Source: an uncultured bacterium
GTDB lineage: Bacteria; Hydrothermota; Tepidihabitantia; Tepidihabitantales; DTDR01
NCBI GenBank assembly: GCA_938040315.1
Contig: CALHQW010000025.1
Span: forward strand, 7,929-71,928
Length of the DNA: 64,000 bases
Direction: 5' to 3'
Shown: one piece after another, positions 9,980 to 18,919 of the stretch
Position numbering within the stretch: position 1 is the stretch's first letter
Layout: each line of letters opens with the position of its first letter
Notes under the pieces: model-generated
Seen by the model: the letters and a program-made list of their open reading frames with translations, nothing else
What the model was told of the DNA's origin: nothing
The model's database searches: none
Position numbers and translations under genes: made by a program

Positions 9980-10386
9980 GAAATATTTATCAAAAATTAA
10001 TCGCCTTTATTAATATAACCTCTTTAGCAGATATTTCTATTACTTTGATGATCATCTTTTTGATCGCCGGGATTACTGCTGCTTTTTCTCGGGTCGGTCT
10101 TTCTGTGAGATTACCTCAAAGTGCCTATTTACGACCCCAAATAAAAGAAGGAATTTTGATAACAATAAATGAAAAGGGAAAAATATTTGTTGAAGAAGAA
10201 GAGGTAGATAAAAAAGATTTAATTAAAACAATTTATAAATATATGGAAAAAATGGGAAGTGACCGAGTTTATTTACAAGCGGATAAAGATTTACCTTATG
10301 GTCAAATTATTGAAATTTTAGGAGAGATTAAGAATGCCGGTATTGGGGATATTGGACTTTTAGCAACCCAAGTTAAAAAGCGATAA
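9976..10386 (+). CDS. ExbD/TolR family protein
   Basis: INITSLADISITLMIIF, LQADKDLPYG. Confidence 0.9.
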   Translation: MRNIYQKLIAFINITSLADISITLMIIFLIAGITAAFSRVGLSVRLPQSAYLRPQIKEGILITINEKGKIFVEEEEVDKKDLIKTIYKYMEKMGSDRVYLQADKDLPYGQIIEILGEIKNAGIGDIGLLATQVKKR

Positions 10387-10387
10387 A

Positions 10388-10981
10388 ATGGATGGCAATT
10401 TTAAAGGTTATTTTTACTCCTTTCTTTTCCATTTCTTTTTTTTTGTTCTTTTTTCCTTAATGCCAACATTCAAAAAAACGAAAAATATCGAATATCCGAT
10501 AGTTTTTGAAGTGAGTATTGCATCAAAGATTAGCGAGGAGAAAATTGAAAAAAAGAGCGATATAGCAATTCAAAAAGAAGGAATAAAAGAAATAAAGAAG
10601 AAGGAAGAAAAAAAAGATACTTTTAAAGCGAAAAGTGGCGAAAAGAAGGAAGGGATAATAAAATCAAAAAATGGCGTTAGTTTAAAAACAGAAGGTGGCG
10701 TTGTTTCATCGTTTTATTTAAACATTGTTTTGAATAAAATTGCAGAAAATTGGTATAATCCTTATCAGAATACCAATTTAAATTTAAGGGCCCTTATCTT
10801 TTTTAAAATTACTCGGGATGGAAAAATTGAAGAAGTAAAGGTAGAAAAAAGTTCAGGGAAGGAAGACTATGATGAATATTGTAAGCGAGCAGTGTTGTTA
10901 ACTAAAAATTTACCACCACTGCCTGATGAGTTTAAAGCCGACATGTTAAAAATTCATTTAGAATTTGAATATAAACCTTAA
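10388..10981 (+). CDS. TonB/TolA family energy transducer
   Basis: N-terminal TM with His, Lys/Glu-rich linker, C-terminal KSSG...D...RAV...LPPLP. Confidence 0.85.
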   Translation: MDGNFKGYFYSFLFHFFFFVLFSLMPTFKKTKNIEYPIVFEVSIASKISEEKIEKKSDIAIQKEGIKEIKKKEEKKDTFKAKSGEKKEGIIKSKNGVSLKTEGGVVSSFYLNIVLNKIAENWYNPYQNTNLNLRALIFFKITRDGKIEEVKVEKSSGKEDYDEYCKRAVLLTKNLPPLPDEFKADMLKIHLEFEYKP

Positions 10982-10985
10982 AATT

Positions 10986-13900
10986 ATGGAATTTGTTCAT
11001 CTTCATAATCATACTGAATACAGTTTATTAGACGGTGCGAATAAAATTACTAATTTAGTTTTAAAGGCAAAGAAAGAAAATATGAAAGCCTTGGCCATTA
11101 CTGATCATGGTAATCTCTTTGGAGCCATTGAATTTTATAATGAATGTCTTAAAGAAGGAATAAAACCAATAATCGGTATGGAAACTTATGTGGCAGTTGG
11201 CAGACGGGATGAGAAAAAACCTCATCCTACTATCCAAGAATCAAGTTTTCATCTTACTTTATTGGCAATAGACTTAGAAGGTTATCATAATCTTTTAAAA
11301 TTGGCTTCCTACGCTTACTTAGAAGGATTCTATTATAAGCCGAGGGTTGATAAAGAACTTTTAAAGAAGTATCATAAAGGGATAATCGCGCTTTCTGGTT
11401 GTCAAAAGGGAGAAATAAATTATTATTTAAAAATTGGCGATTATGAGAACGCTAAAAAGGCTCTTTTTGATTATTTAGATATTTTTGGTAAAGAAAATTT
11501 CTTTTTAGAAATAATGAAAGTTGGTATAGAAAAGGAAGACGAAATAATTTTACAAGTTATTAAGTTAGCAAAAGATAACAAAGTGAAATTGGTAGCCACT
11601 AACGACTGCCATTACTTATCAAAAGAAGATTATTATGTTCATGATATTTTATTATGTATTCAGACCAATAAAAAAATAACCGACCCTAAAAGATTAAAAT
11701 TTGAATCAAAGGAACTCTATTTTAAATCTAGAGAAGAAATGTTAGAAGTTTTTAAAGAAGTAGAAGAGGCTTTAAAAAATACCTGGGAAATTGCTGAAAG
11801 AGCCACTCTTTATTTAGATACCTCGGGAAAAAAATTTCATTTGCCAAGATTTCAAAAACCAGAAGATTTTGAAAATAATTATCAATATTTAATTTATTTA
11901 GTAAAGGAAGGATTAAAGAACTTAAAAGAAAAAAATTCAGAAATTAAAAATAATTTTGATAGATATCTCTCTCGACTTAATTACGAACTATCTTTAATAG
12001 AAAAAATTGGCTTTACCGATTATTTTTTAATTGTAAAAGATATTATTGATTTTGCTAAAAAGGAGAATATTCCAGTTGGTCCCGGAAGAGGCAGTGCGGT
12101 TGGTAGTTTAGTTTTATATGCTTTGGGAATTACTAATATTGATCCATTAAAATATGGGCTGATGTTTGAAAGGTTTATTAACCCAGAAAGGATAACAATG
12201 CCGGATATTGATATTGATTTCTCTGATGAAGAAAGAGATAAGGTAATAAATTATTTAAGAAAAAAATATGGAGAAGAAAACGTTGCACAAATAATTACTT
12301 TTGGTCGAATGATGGCAAGAGGTGTAATTAGAGATGTTGGTCGAGTGATGGGAATTCCTTTAGAGGAAGTTGATATGATTGCTAAGACTTTACCCGGAAA
12401 TATAGAATTGACAGAGGCTTATGAAAAGGTATCCGAATTCAGAGAATTAATTAATAGCAAAGAGGAATACAAAAAACTTTATGAAAACGCTATAAAATTA
12501 GAGGGTGTGGCTCGCCATGCTTCTATTCACGCTTCGGGAATTGTAATTGCTCCGGGAAGATTAATTGATTATGTACCTTTATATAAAACTCCTGATGGAG
12601 ATATTTGTACCCAATATGACATGGATTCTTTAGCAGCCGTTGGTCTTTTAAAAATGGATATCTTAGGATTGAAAACTTTACGAGTAATTGAAGAGACTTA
12701 TCAGTTGCTCTTAAATAGTGGCAAAGAAATAAAAAGGGAAGTTACCTTTGATGATAAAAAGACTTATGCACTCTTAGGAGAAGGAAAAACTTTAGGAGTA
12801 TTCCAATTAGAAAGTGTTGGTATGAGAGAAATTTTAAAAAAATTGAATCCCACAAGTTTGGAAGATTTAATTGCTGTTTTGGCCCTTTATCGGCCTGGTC
12901 CCCTTTTAAGCGGTGATGTTGATAGATTTATAAAAAGAAAAAAAGGAAAGGAAGAAATCACCTATCCCCATCCTTTGTTAGAAGAAGTGTTAAAAGAGAC
13001 TTATGGAATGATTCTTTATCAAGAGCAGGTTATGCAAATTGCTGCTAAGATTGCCGATTTTACTTTAGGAGAGGCTGATATTCTAAGAAGAGCAATGGGT
13101 AAAAAAATCCCCGAATTGATGACTGAAATGAAAGAGAGATTTATTTTAAAAGCAAAGAATAAAGGAATTAATGAAGAAGAAGCTGCGCAAATTTTTGAAT
13201 TACTTATTCCCTTTGCTGGTTATGGTTTTAATAAATCTCATGCTGCCGGTTATGCTTATTTAAGTTATTTAACAGCCTATTTAAAAGCTAATTATCCAAA
13301 AGAATTTCTTTGCGCCACATTGACCAGCGAAATAAATTCTCCGGAAAAGATTGAAGAGATTATTAAAGAGGCAAAATCTTTTGGTATTGAAATTCTTCCG
13401 CCAGATATTAACAAAAGTTATTATGAATTTGTTATTGAAGAGTCCGGTATTCGTTATGGCTTAGGAGCTTTAAAGGGAATTGGCAAAAGTTTTTGCGACG
13501 CCTTAGTAAAAGAAAGGAAAAGAAGGGAATTTAGTTCTTTTGAGGATTTCCTTACGCGGACAAAATCCTTTGGTAATAAAAAAGCTTATGAAGTCTTAAT
13601 TAAAGCGGGTTGTTTTGACTGTTTTAATATAAAAAGAGAAGTGTTGTTAGCAAGATTGCCGGAATATCAAAAAGGTAATAAAGAAAAAATAGAAGTTTTG
13701 CAATTCTCTTTGTTTGAAGATAAAAAGAAAAAGTTAATGGAAAAGAAGGAGATAAAAGAAACACCCAATTTTGAATACGAAAAGGAAGTTTTTGGTTTTT
13801 ATTTTTCCTACCATCCTTTGAAAGAATATCAAGAACTTTATCAAGTAATGGAAATAAAAAATTTCGAGGAATTAGAATATTTAGATAAGAACGAAGACTA

Positions 13901-14381
13901 TTATTTTTTAGGAGTCCTTACCGAACGAAAAACAAAATATGATAAAAATGGACGGAATTTTGCTATTTTAGGATTAGAAGATTTAGATAAAAAAATAATC
14001 GGTTTTCTTTTTAATGAACTTTATGAAAGAAAATATAAAGATTTGAAAAAAGAAAAAGTTTATTTAATTAAAGGTAAGGTAAGAAGTAATAAAGAGTTAA
14101 GTATTGTGATAAAAGATATTTCTCCAATTGAAAGATTATGGGAAAGTGTTAAAAGGATAAATATTGAATTAAAAGAAAATGTTGAGTTAAAAAGTATTCC
14201 AATTTTAAAAACTATTTTGATGGAACATCCCGGAGAAGCCGAAATAATAATTACTTATTATGAAGAAGGTGAAAAGAAAATCGGCAAACTTACTAAATTA
14301 AAAATAAAACCAAATATTGAACTTCTAAGAAGATTAAAAGAATTACCAATAATAAAAAGTGTAAAATTTCATTTTGTTTAA
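10986..14381 (+). CDS. dnaE: DNA polymerase III alpha subunit
   Basis: PHP motif HLHNHTEYSLLDG, GPGRGSAVGS, MPDIDIDF, GFNKSH. Start set at ATG 10986. Confidence 0.97.
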   Translation: MEFVHLHNHTEYSLLDGANKITNLVLKAKKENMKALAITDHGNLFGAIEFYNECLKEGIKPIIGMETYVAVGRRDEKKPHPTIQESSFHLTLLAIDLEGYHNLLKLASYAYLEGFYYKPRVDKELLKKYHKGIIALSGCQKGEINYYLKIGDYENAKKALFDYLDIFGKENFFLEIMKVGIEKEDEIILQVIKLAKDNKVKLVATNDCHYLSKEDYYVHDILLCIQTNKKITDPKRLKFESKELYFKSREEMLEVFKEVEEALKNTWEIAERATLYLDTSGKKFHLPRFQKPEDFENNYQYLIYLVKEGLKNLKEKNSEIKNNFDRYLSRLNYELSLIEKIGFTDYFLIVKDIIDFAKKENIPVGPGRGSAVGSLVLYALGITNIDPLKYGLMFERFINPERITMPDIDIDFSDEERDKVINYLRKKYGEENVAQIITFGRMMARGVIRDVGRVMGIPLEEVDMIAKTLPGNIELTEAYEKVSEFRELINSKEEYKKLYENAIKLEGVARHASIHASGIVIAPGRLIDYVPLYKTPDGDICTQYDMDSLAAVGLLKMDILGLKTLRVIEETYQLLLNSGKEIKREVTFDDKKTYALLGEGKTLGVFQLESVGMREILKKLNPTSLEDLIAVLALYRPGPLLSGDVDRFIKRKKGKEEITYPHPLLEEVLKETYGMILYQEQVMQIAAKIADFTLGEADILRRAMGKKIPELMTEMKERFILKAKNKGINEEEAAQIFELLIPFAGYGFNKSHAAGYAYLSYLTAYLKANYPKEFLCATLTSEINSPEKIEEIIKEAKSFGIEILPPDINKSYYEFVIEESGIRYGLGALKGIGKSFCDALVKERKRREFSSFEDFLTRTKSFGNKKAYEVLIKAGCFDCFNIKREVLLARLPEYQKGNKEKIEVLQFSLFEDKKKKLMEKKEIKETPNFEYEKEVFGFYFSYHPLKEYQELYQVMEIKNFEELEYLDKNEDYYFLGVLTERKTKYDKNGRNFAILGLEDLDKKIIGFLFNELYERKYKDLKKEKVYLIKGKVRSNKELSIVIKDISPIERLWESVKRINIELKENVELKSIPILKTILMEHPGEAEIIITYYEEGEKKIGKLTKLKIKPNIELLRRLKELPIIKSVKFHFV

Positions 14382-14487
14382 TAATTTTTAAATAAAAAGA
14401 CAAAATTCCCTTGACAAAAGGATATTTTTTGACTATATTTATATAGTTATAAATTATAAAAAGGTTAGGTAGATATGGATAAGGAAG

Positions 14488-14859
14488 ATGGCCGAGGTGT
14501 ATATAAAACCAAAAAAGACGGTCCATATTGTGGCCGATTTTTATGGAATAGATGGAAAATTTATTTCTTGTGTAAAGGAGGTAAGGAAAGTATTAAAGAA
14601 AGCGATAGAAAAAGCAAAATTATCAGTAGTGGGTTCAAAATTTTTTCAGTTTGATCCTCACGGGGTAACGGGCATATTTTTATTAAAAGAATCTCATATT
14701 AGTGTCCATACTTGGCCAGAATACGGTTATATCGCTGTTGATATTTTCACCTGTAAAGATGATGGGAGTGCTTTTATTGCTTATAATTATTTATTAGAAA
14801 AATTAAAACCTAAAAAAGTAAAAAAAAGAATAATAATTAGGGAAGTATGGAAAAAATAA
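14488..14859 (+). CDS. speD: S-adenosylmethionine decarboxylase proenzyme
   Basis: HIVADFYG, GVTG..LLKESHISVHTWPE, VDIFTC; adjacent to an aminopropyltransferase. Confidence 0.88.
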   Translation: MAEVYIKPKKTVHIVADFYGIDGKFISCVKEVRKVLKKAIEKAKLSVVGSKFFQFDPHGVTGIFLLKESHISVHTWPEYGYIAVDIFTCKDDGSAFIAYNYLLEKLKPKKVKKRIIIREVWKK

Positions 14860-15881
14860 TTTCACAAATAATTAATTTTATCGGTGAAAAAAAGAGAATT
14901 TTATTTCCAGAACTTTTAGAATATTTGGCTGATTATTATCCACTAAAAGAGATAATGAAAACTTTGAACAAATTAGCAAAGGATGAGATAATTAGTAATG
15001 AAGATTCTTATTTAATTTTAACCAAAAAAGGTAAGGAATTATATTTAAGAACGAGAGCACCTTTTAAAATTAGTTTTTGTGAAACTTGTTTCGGAAAAAG
15101 AATAACTATTAATGAAGATTTTCAGCCAATTTTAGAAAGGTTTAAAGAAATTGTAAAAGAAAGACCTCAACCAATAGTAGAATATATTCAAGGTTATATG
15201 AATGAAGAAGATGTTATAAGAAGAATTATTTTTATGCATTCTTATAATGATTTAAAAGAGAAAGATATTATTATTATTGGTGATGACGATTTGTTGAGCA
15301 TTGCCTTGGCATTAACAAAATTGCCAAAGCGAATTGTGGTATTAGATATTGATGAAAGATTAGTTAAGTTTTTAGAAGAGACAAATAAAAGATGTAATTT
15401 CCCTATTGAAGTTTTTGAATATAATATAAGCGATCCTTTACCCAAAAAATTAAGAAACAAATTTGATGTTTTTTCTTGTGAACCTTTAGAAACCTATAGT
15501 GGTTTAAAATTGTTTATTGGTCGAGGTATAAATGCTTTAAAGAAAAAGGGAGTAGGTTATTTTGGTTTAACAATTCAAGAGGCTTCTTATCCTAAATGGC
15601 AATATATTCAAAAATTTATAAATCGGTCAAATGGTGTGATTACCGACATAATTAAAGGCTTCTCTTCTTATCCCGTTAATAGTTATGAAACTTTTAATTG
15701 TGAAGAAGTTTTATTAAAAAGATTAAAAATGGTAATTAAACCTTCCCAAAAAGAGATCTCCTGGTATAAATCCACTTTGATTCGTTTTGAAATTCTTGGT
15801 GAAGCAAAAAAATTAATTAAACCAGAAAAGAAATATAAATTAATTTTTAAAGATAAGGAAGAGGATATCACTATTCCTTAA
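14847..15881 (+). CDS. bpsA: N4-bis(aminopropyl)spermidine synthase (branched-chain polyamine synthase, DUF43)
   Basis: CETCFGK, QG, IGDDDLLSIAL, LDIDERL, FDVF..EPLET motifs. Confidence 0.85.
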   Translation: MEKIISQIINFIGEKKRILFPELLEYLADYYPLKEIMKTLNKLAKDEIISNEDSYLILTKKGKELYLRTRAPFKISFCETCFGKRITINEDFQPILERFKEIVKERPQPIVEYIQGYMNEEDVIRRIIFMHSYNDLKEKDIIIIGDDDLLSIALALTKLPKRIVVLDIDERLVKFLEETNKRCNFPIEVFEYNISDPLPKKLRNKFDVFSCEPLETYSGLKLFIGRGINALKKKGVGYFGLTIQEASYPKWQYIQKFINRSNGVITDIIKGFSSYPVNSYETFNCEEVLLKRLKMVIKPSQKEISWYKSTLIRFEILGEAKKLIKPEKKYKLIFKDKEEDITIP

Positions 15882-15895
15882 ATTTATTATTTTTA

Positions 15896-15923
15896 TTGAC
15901 TTTAAAAATTTTTTTATTATAAT
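15896..15923 (+). promoter_or_regulatory. sigma-70 promoter of oxidative-stress operon
   Basis: TTGACT-N16-TATAAT, 6 nt before ATG. Confidence 0.7.
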
Positions 15924-15925
15924 TT

Positions 15926-15938
15926 TGTAATGATTACA
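15926..15938. promoter_or_regulatory. putative PerR/Fur operator TGTAAT-G-ATTACA
   Basis: Perfect 6-1-6 palindrome overlapping the start codon of the Fur-family gene. Confidence 0.6.
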
Positions 15939-16346
15939 GATTTGGATAGAATTAAAGAAATTCTTCAAAAAGCAAAGATTAAACCGACTTATTTAAGAAT
16001 GCGCCTTTTAAAATATTTATTAGAGAAGAAAGAGCACCCAACCGGTAAAATGATTTATCAAGTATTAAAGAAAGAATTACCAACGATTTCTTTAACTTCA
16101 ATTTATAATAATTTAGAACTTTTTGCTCAAAAGGGTTTAGTAAAAATTATTTTACTCGATCCGAAGGAAATAAGATTTAATGGTAAAAAGGGTCACCATC
16201 ATTTTTTTTGTGAGAAATGTCAAAGGATAATTGATTTGACGATTAATTGTCCTTTAATTAAAAAGAAGAAAATTTATGGCCATTTAATAAAAGATTGGGA
16301 TGGTTATTTTTTTGGAATTTGTAAAGATTGTCAAAAAGATGGATAA
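15930..16346 (+). CDS. Fur-family regulator (PerR-like)
   Basis: EHPT, ISLTSIYNNL, HHHFFCEKC, C-terminal CKDC; heads a peroxide-defence operon. Confidence 0.88.
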   Translation: MITDLDRIKEILQKAKIKPTYLRMRLLKYLLEKKEHPTGKMIYQVLKKELPTISLTSIYNNLELFAQKGLVKIILLDPKEIRFNGKKGHHHFFCEKCQRIIDLTINCPLIKKKKIYGHLIKDWDGYFFGICKDCQKDG

Positions 16347-16617
16347 AAATCTATTAGAAAAAATAAAAGAAGAATTTAATTCCTTACGTAAACCGGAGTG
16401 TTATGCCGAAATAAAAGAAATTGGTGAGGATTACCTGGTGTTAGAATTTTTTGGAACAAAGATTAATTCGGCTTGTTGTTTTGATGAGAATTTTATTGAT
16501 TATCAATACTATTTAAAAGATTTTGGTAATTTAGAATTTTTAATTGATGAGATAAAAAGAGAAGGAGATAAATTTATTGTAAAATATATTAAAAAGGAGG
16601 AAAAATGCGATCAATAA
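16339..16617 (+). CDS. small hypothetical protein (EFFG...SACC)
   Basis: Overlaps flanking genes; start set at ATG 16339; weak resemblance to NifU-C/Nfu fold. Confidence 0.65.
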   Translation: MDKNLLEKIKEEFNSLRKPECYAEIKEIGEDYLVLEFFGTKINSACCFDENFIDYQYYLKDFGNLEFLIDEIKREGDKFIVKYIKKEEKCDQ

Positions 16618-17180
16618 AAGGAACAAAGACAGAGAGAAATTTATTAATTGCTTTTGCTGGTGAAAGTCAGGCAAGGAATCGTTATACCTTTTTTAGTGAA
16701 CAGGCAAAAAAGGAAGGTTATCATCAAATTGCCGAAATATTTTTAGAAACAGCGGAGAATGAAAAAGAGCATGCTCAGAGATTATTTGGTTTTTTAGAAG
16801 GTGGTTCGGTAGAAATTATTAGTTCTTTTCCAGCGGGTAAAATTGGTACTACGGAGGAGAATTTAAAAGCAGCGGCAGAAGGTGAGAATTATGAATATAC
16901 TCAAATGTATCCGAGTTTTGCTAAAATTGCTGAAGAGGAGGGGTTTAATGAAATTGCTATTGTTTTGAGGGCGATTGCAGTGGCTGAACGACAGCATGAA
17001 AAAAGATACCTTGCTCTTTTAGAAAATTTAAAAAAGGATAAGGTATTTAAAAAAGATAAAGAAGTAATTTGGAAATGTCGGAGATGTGGGTACCTTCATA
17101 TTGGCAAAGAGGCACCCAATATTTGTCCTTCTTGTGGTTATTCTAAAAATTATTTTGAATTATTATGTGAAAATTGGTAA
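16605..17180 (+). CDS. rbr: rubrerythrin
   Basis: [19 protein letters not shown]-terminal CRRC...CPSC rubredoxin domain. Confidence 0.95.
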   Translation: MRSIKGTKTERNLLIAFAGESQARNRYTFFSEQAKKEGYHQIAEIFLETAENEKEHAQRLFGFLEGGSVEIISSFPAGKIGTTEENLKAAAEGENYEYTQMYPSFAKIAEEEGFNEIAIVLRAIAVAERQHEKRYLALLENLKKDKVFKKDKEVIWKCRRCGYLHIGKEAPNICPSCGYSKNYFELLCENW

Positions 17181-17201
17181 AATATTAAAAAGGAGGAGAA
17201 A

Positions 17202-17873
17202 ATGAATAAGGAAGAAAAAAAAGGTATTCCCCTTTTAGGGGAGGATTTTCCCGAAATAAATGTTTTAACAACTCATGGTTTAATCAGTTTACCCCAAGCC
17301 TACAAAGGAAAATGGTTTGTATTATTCAGTCATCCTGCTGATTTTACACCAGTTTGTACTACTGAATTTTATGCCTTTCAAGTTCGGTATCCACAATTTC
17401 GGAAATTAAATTGTGAACTCATTGGATTAAGTGTTGACCAAGTTTTTTCCCATATCAAATGGACAGAATGGATAAAAGAAAAACTAAATGTTGAAATTGA
17501 GTTTCCAATAATTGCTGATACTGGGGAGGTAGCAGAAAAACTGGGTTTAATCCATCCGAAAAAAGGAACAAATACAGTAAGAGCAGTTTTTGTTGTTGAT
17601 CCAGAAGGAAAGATTAGAGTAATTTTATATTATCCGCAAGAATTGGGAAGAAATATTGATGAAATATTAAGAATTATTGAAGGTATTCAAATTAGTGATA
17701 AAAATAAGGTTGCCTTGCCTGCGAATTGGCCCAATAATGAATTGATAAAAGATAAAGTAATAATCCCCCCGGCAACCTATATTAAATTGGCAAAGGAGCG
17801 TTTAGAAAAAGCCAAGAGCGGTGAATTCGAATGTTATGATTGGTGGTTTTGTTATAAAAAATTAGAAAGATAA
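17202..17873 (+). CDS. peroxiredoxin (Prx6, archaeal-like)
   Basis: [13 protein letters not shown] and C-terminal CYDWWFC. Confidence 0.95.
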   Translation: MNKEEKKGIPLLGEDFPEINVLTTHGLISLPQAYKGKWFVLFSHPADFTPVCTTEFYAFQVRYPQFRKLNCELIGLSVDQVFSHIKWTEWIKEKLNVEIEFPIIADTGEVAEKLGLIHPKKGTNTVRAVFVVDPEGKIRVILYYPQELGRNIDEILRIIEGIQISDKNKVALPANWPNNELIKDKVIIPPATYIKLAKERLEKAKSGEFECYDWWFCYKKLER

Positions 17874-17875
17874 AA

Positions 17876-18550
17876 ATGAGTGTGTTACAAGAGAATGTTA
17901 AAGAGCAAGTAAGAGAAATTTTTAAGGATTTAAAAAATATAGTTAAGTTAGTTGTTTTTACTCAGGAGAGTTTAGTTACCCTACCAACTTTTGAATGTGA
18001 GACCTGTCGAGATAACCGAATTTTAATGGAAGAACTTGCTTCCCTTTCGGATAAAATAAGTATTGAGGTTTATGATTTCTTAAAGGATGAAGAAAAGAAA
18101 AATCATTATGGAATTGATAAAATACCGGCAACTGCAATAATTGGTGAAAAGGATTATGGAATTAGATTTTATGGGCTACCAGCAGGTTATGAATTTTCGA
18201 CAATTATTCACGCAATAAAATTAGTATCAGAAGGCGAAAGTAAAATAAGCGAGGTAAACAAAGGGAAATTGGCTACTTTTACTAAACCAATACACATTCA
18301 AGTTTTTGTTACTTTGACCTGTCCTTATTGTCCCCAGGCTGGTTATCTTGCTTATCAATTAGCAATGGCAAGTGATTTAATAAAAGCCGATGTGATAAAC
18401 GCTGGTGAATTTCCCCAACTGGCACAAAGATATAATGTCTTTGCTGTACCAAAAATTGTGATTAATGAGAGTATCCAATTTGAAGGCGCCTTACCAGAAG
18501 ATGCTTTTGTAGAAAAAATAATTATGGCTCATAATACTCAAATTGAATGA
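17876..18550 (+). CDS. protein disulfide oxidoreductase (double thioredoxin fold, AhpF-NTD-like)
   Basis: CETC and CPYC, GLPAGYEF, FEGALPE. Confidence 0.9.
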   Translation: MSVLQENVKEQVREIFKDLKNIVKLVVFTQESLVTLPTFECETCRDNRILMEELASLSDKISIEVYDFLKDEEKKNHYGIDKIPATAIIGEKDYGIRFYGLPAGYEFSTIIHAIKLVSEGESKISEVNKGKLATFTKPIHIQVFVTLTCPYCPQAGYLAYQLAMASDLIKADVINAGEFPQLAQRYNVFAVPKIVINESIQFEGALPEDAFVEKIIMAHNTQIE

Positions 18551-18882
18551 TTTTCCAAAGATATTAAAATTTCTCTGCCGTTGGGGGAATAGTCTACCAG
18601 ATAGTCTAGGAGAAAGAAGTCTTCTTAAAAGTTAATTTTATCTTGATAAAAAATATAAATTTTAAAAAGGAGGATTTTAAGGATTTCCAAAGAGTAATAA
18701 ATATAGATTTTAATGAATAATTTCTGCTAATTTTAGAAAGAAGTTTATTTAGGATTCTTAAAAAGGAGTTAGCAAAATAGGAGGAAGATAAGGATAAAAT
18801 ACCCATTTTCTTATATTTATCTTTCCTTATCTTAGGGAGTATTAAGCCCATAACTATGGTATTACTTATCTATTTTTACAAC

Positions 18883-18910
18883 TTGATTTTTTAATCCAAT
18901 TTTTTATAAT
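18883..18910 (+). promoter_or_regulatory. sigma-70 promoter
   Basis: TTGATT-N16-TATAAT, 9 nt before ATG. Confidence 0.6.
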
Positions 18911-18919
18911 CAAGTAAAA

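Noticed and set aside
14475-14654. 59-codon out-of-frame ORF starting 13 nt upstream of speD, a possible polyamine-sensing uORF
   Set aside because: No recognisable features, speD has its own SD-like sequence, and shifted-frame ORFs of this length arise by chance.
18606-18851. 81-aa minus-strand ORF in the intergenic tract
   Set aside because: No SD, low-complexity composition, no family resemblance.
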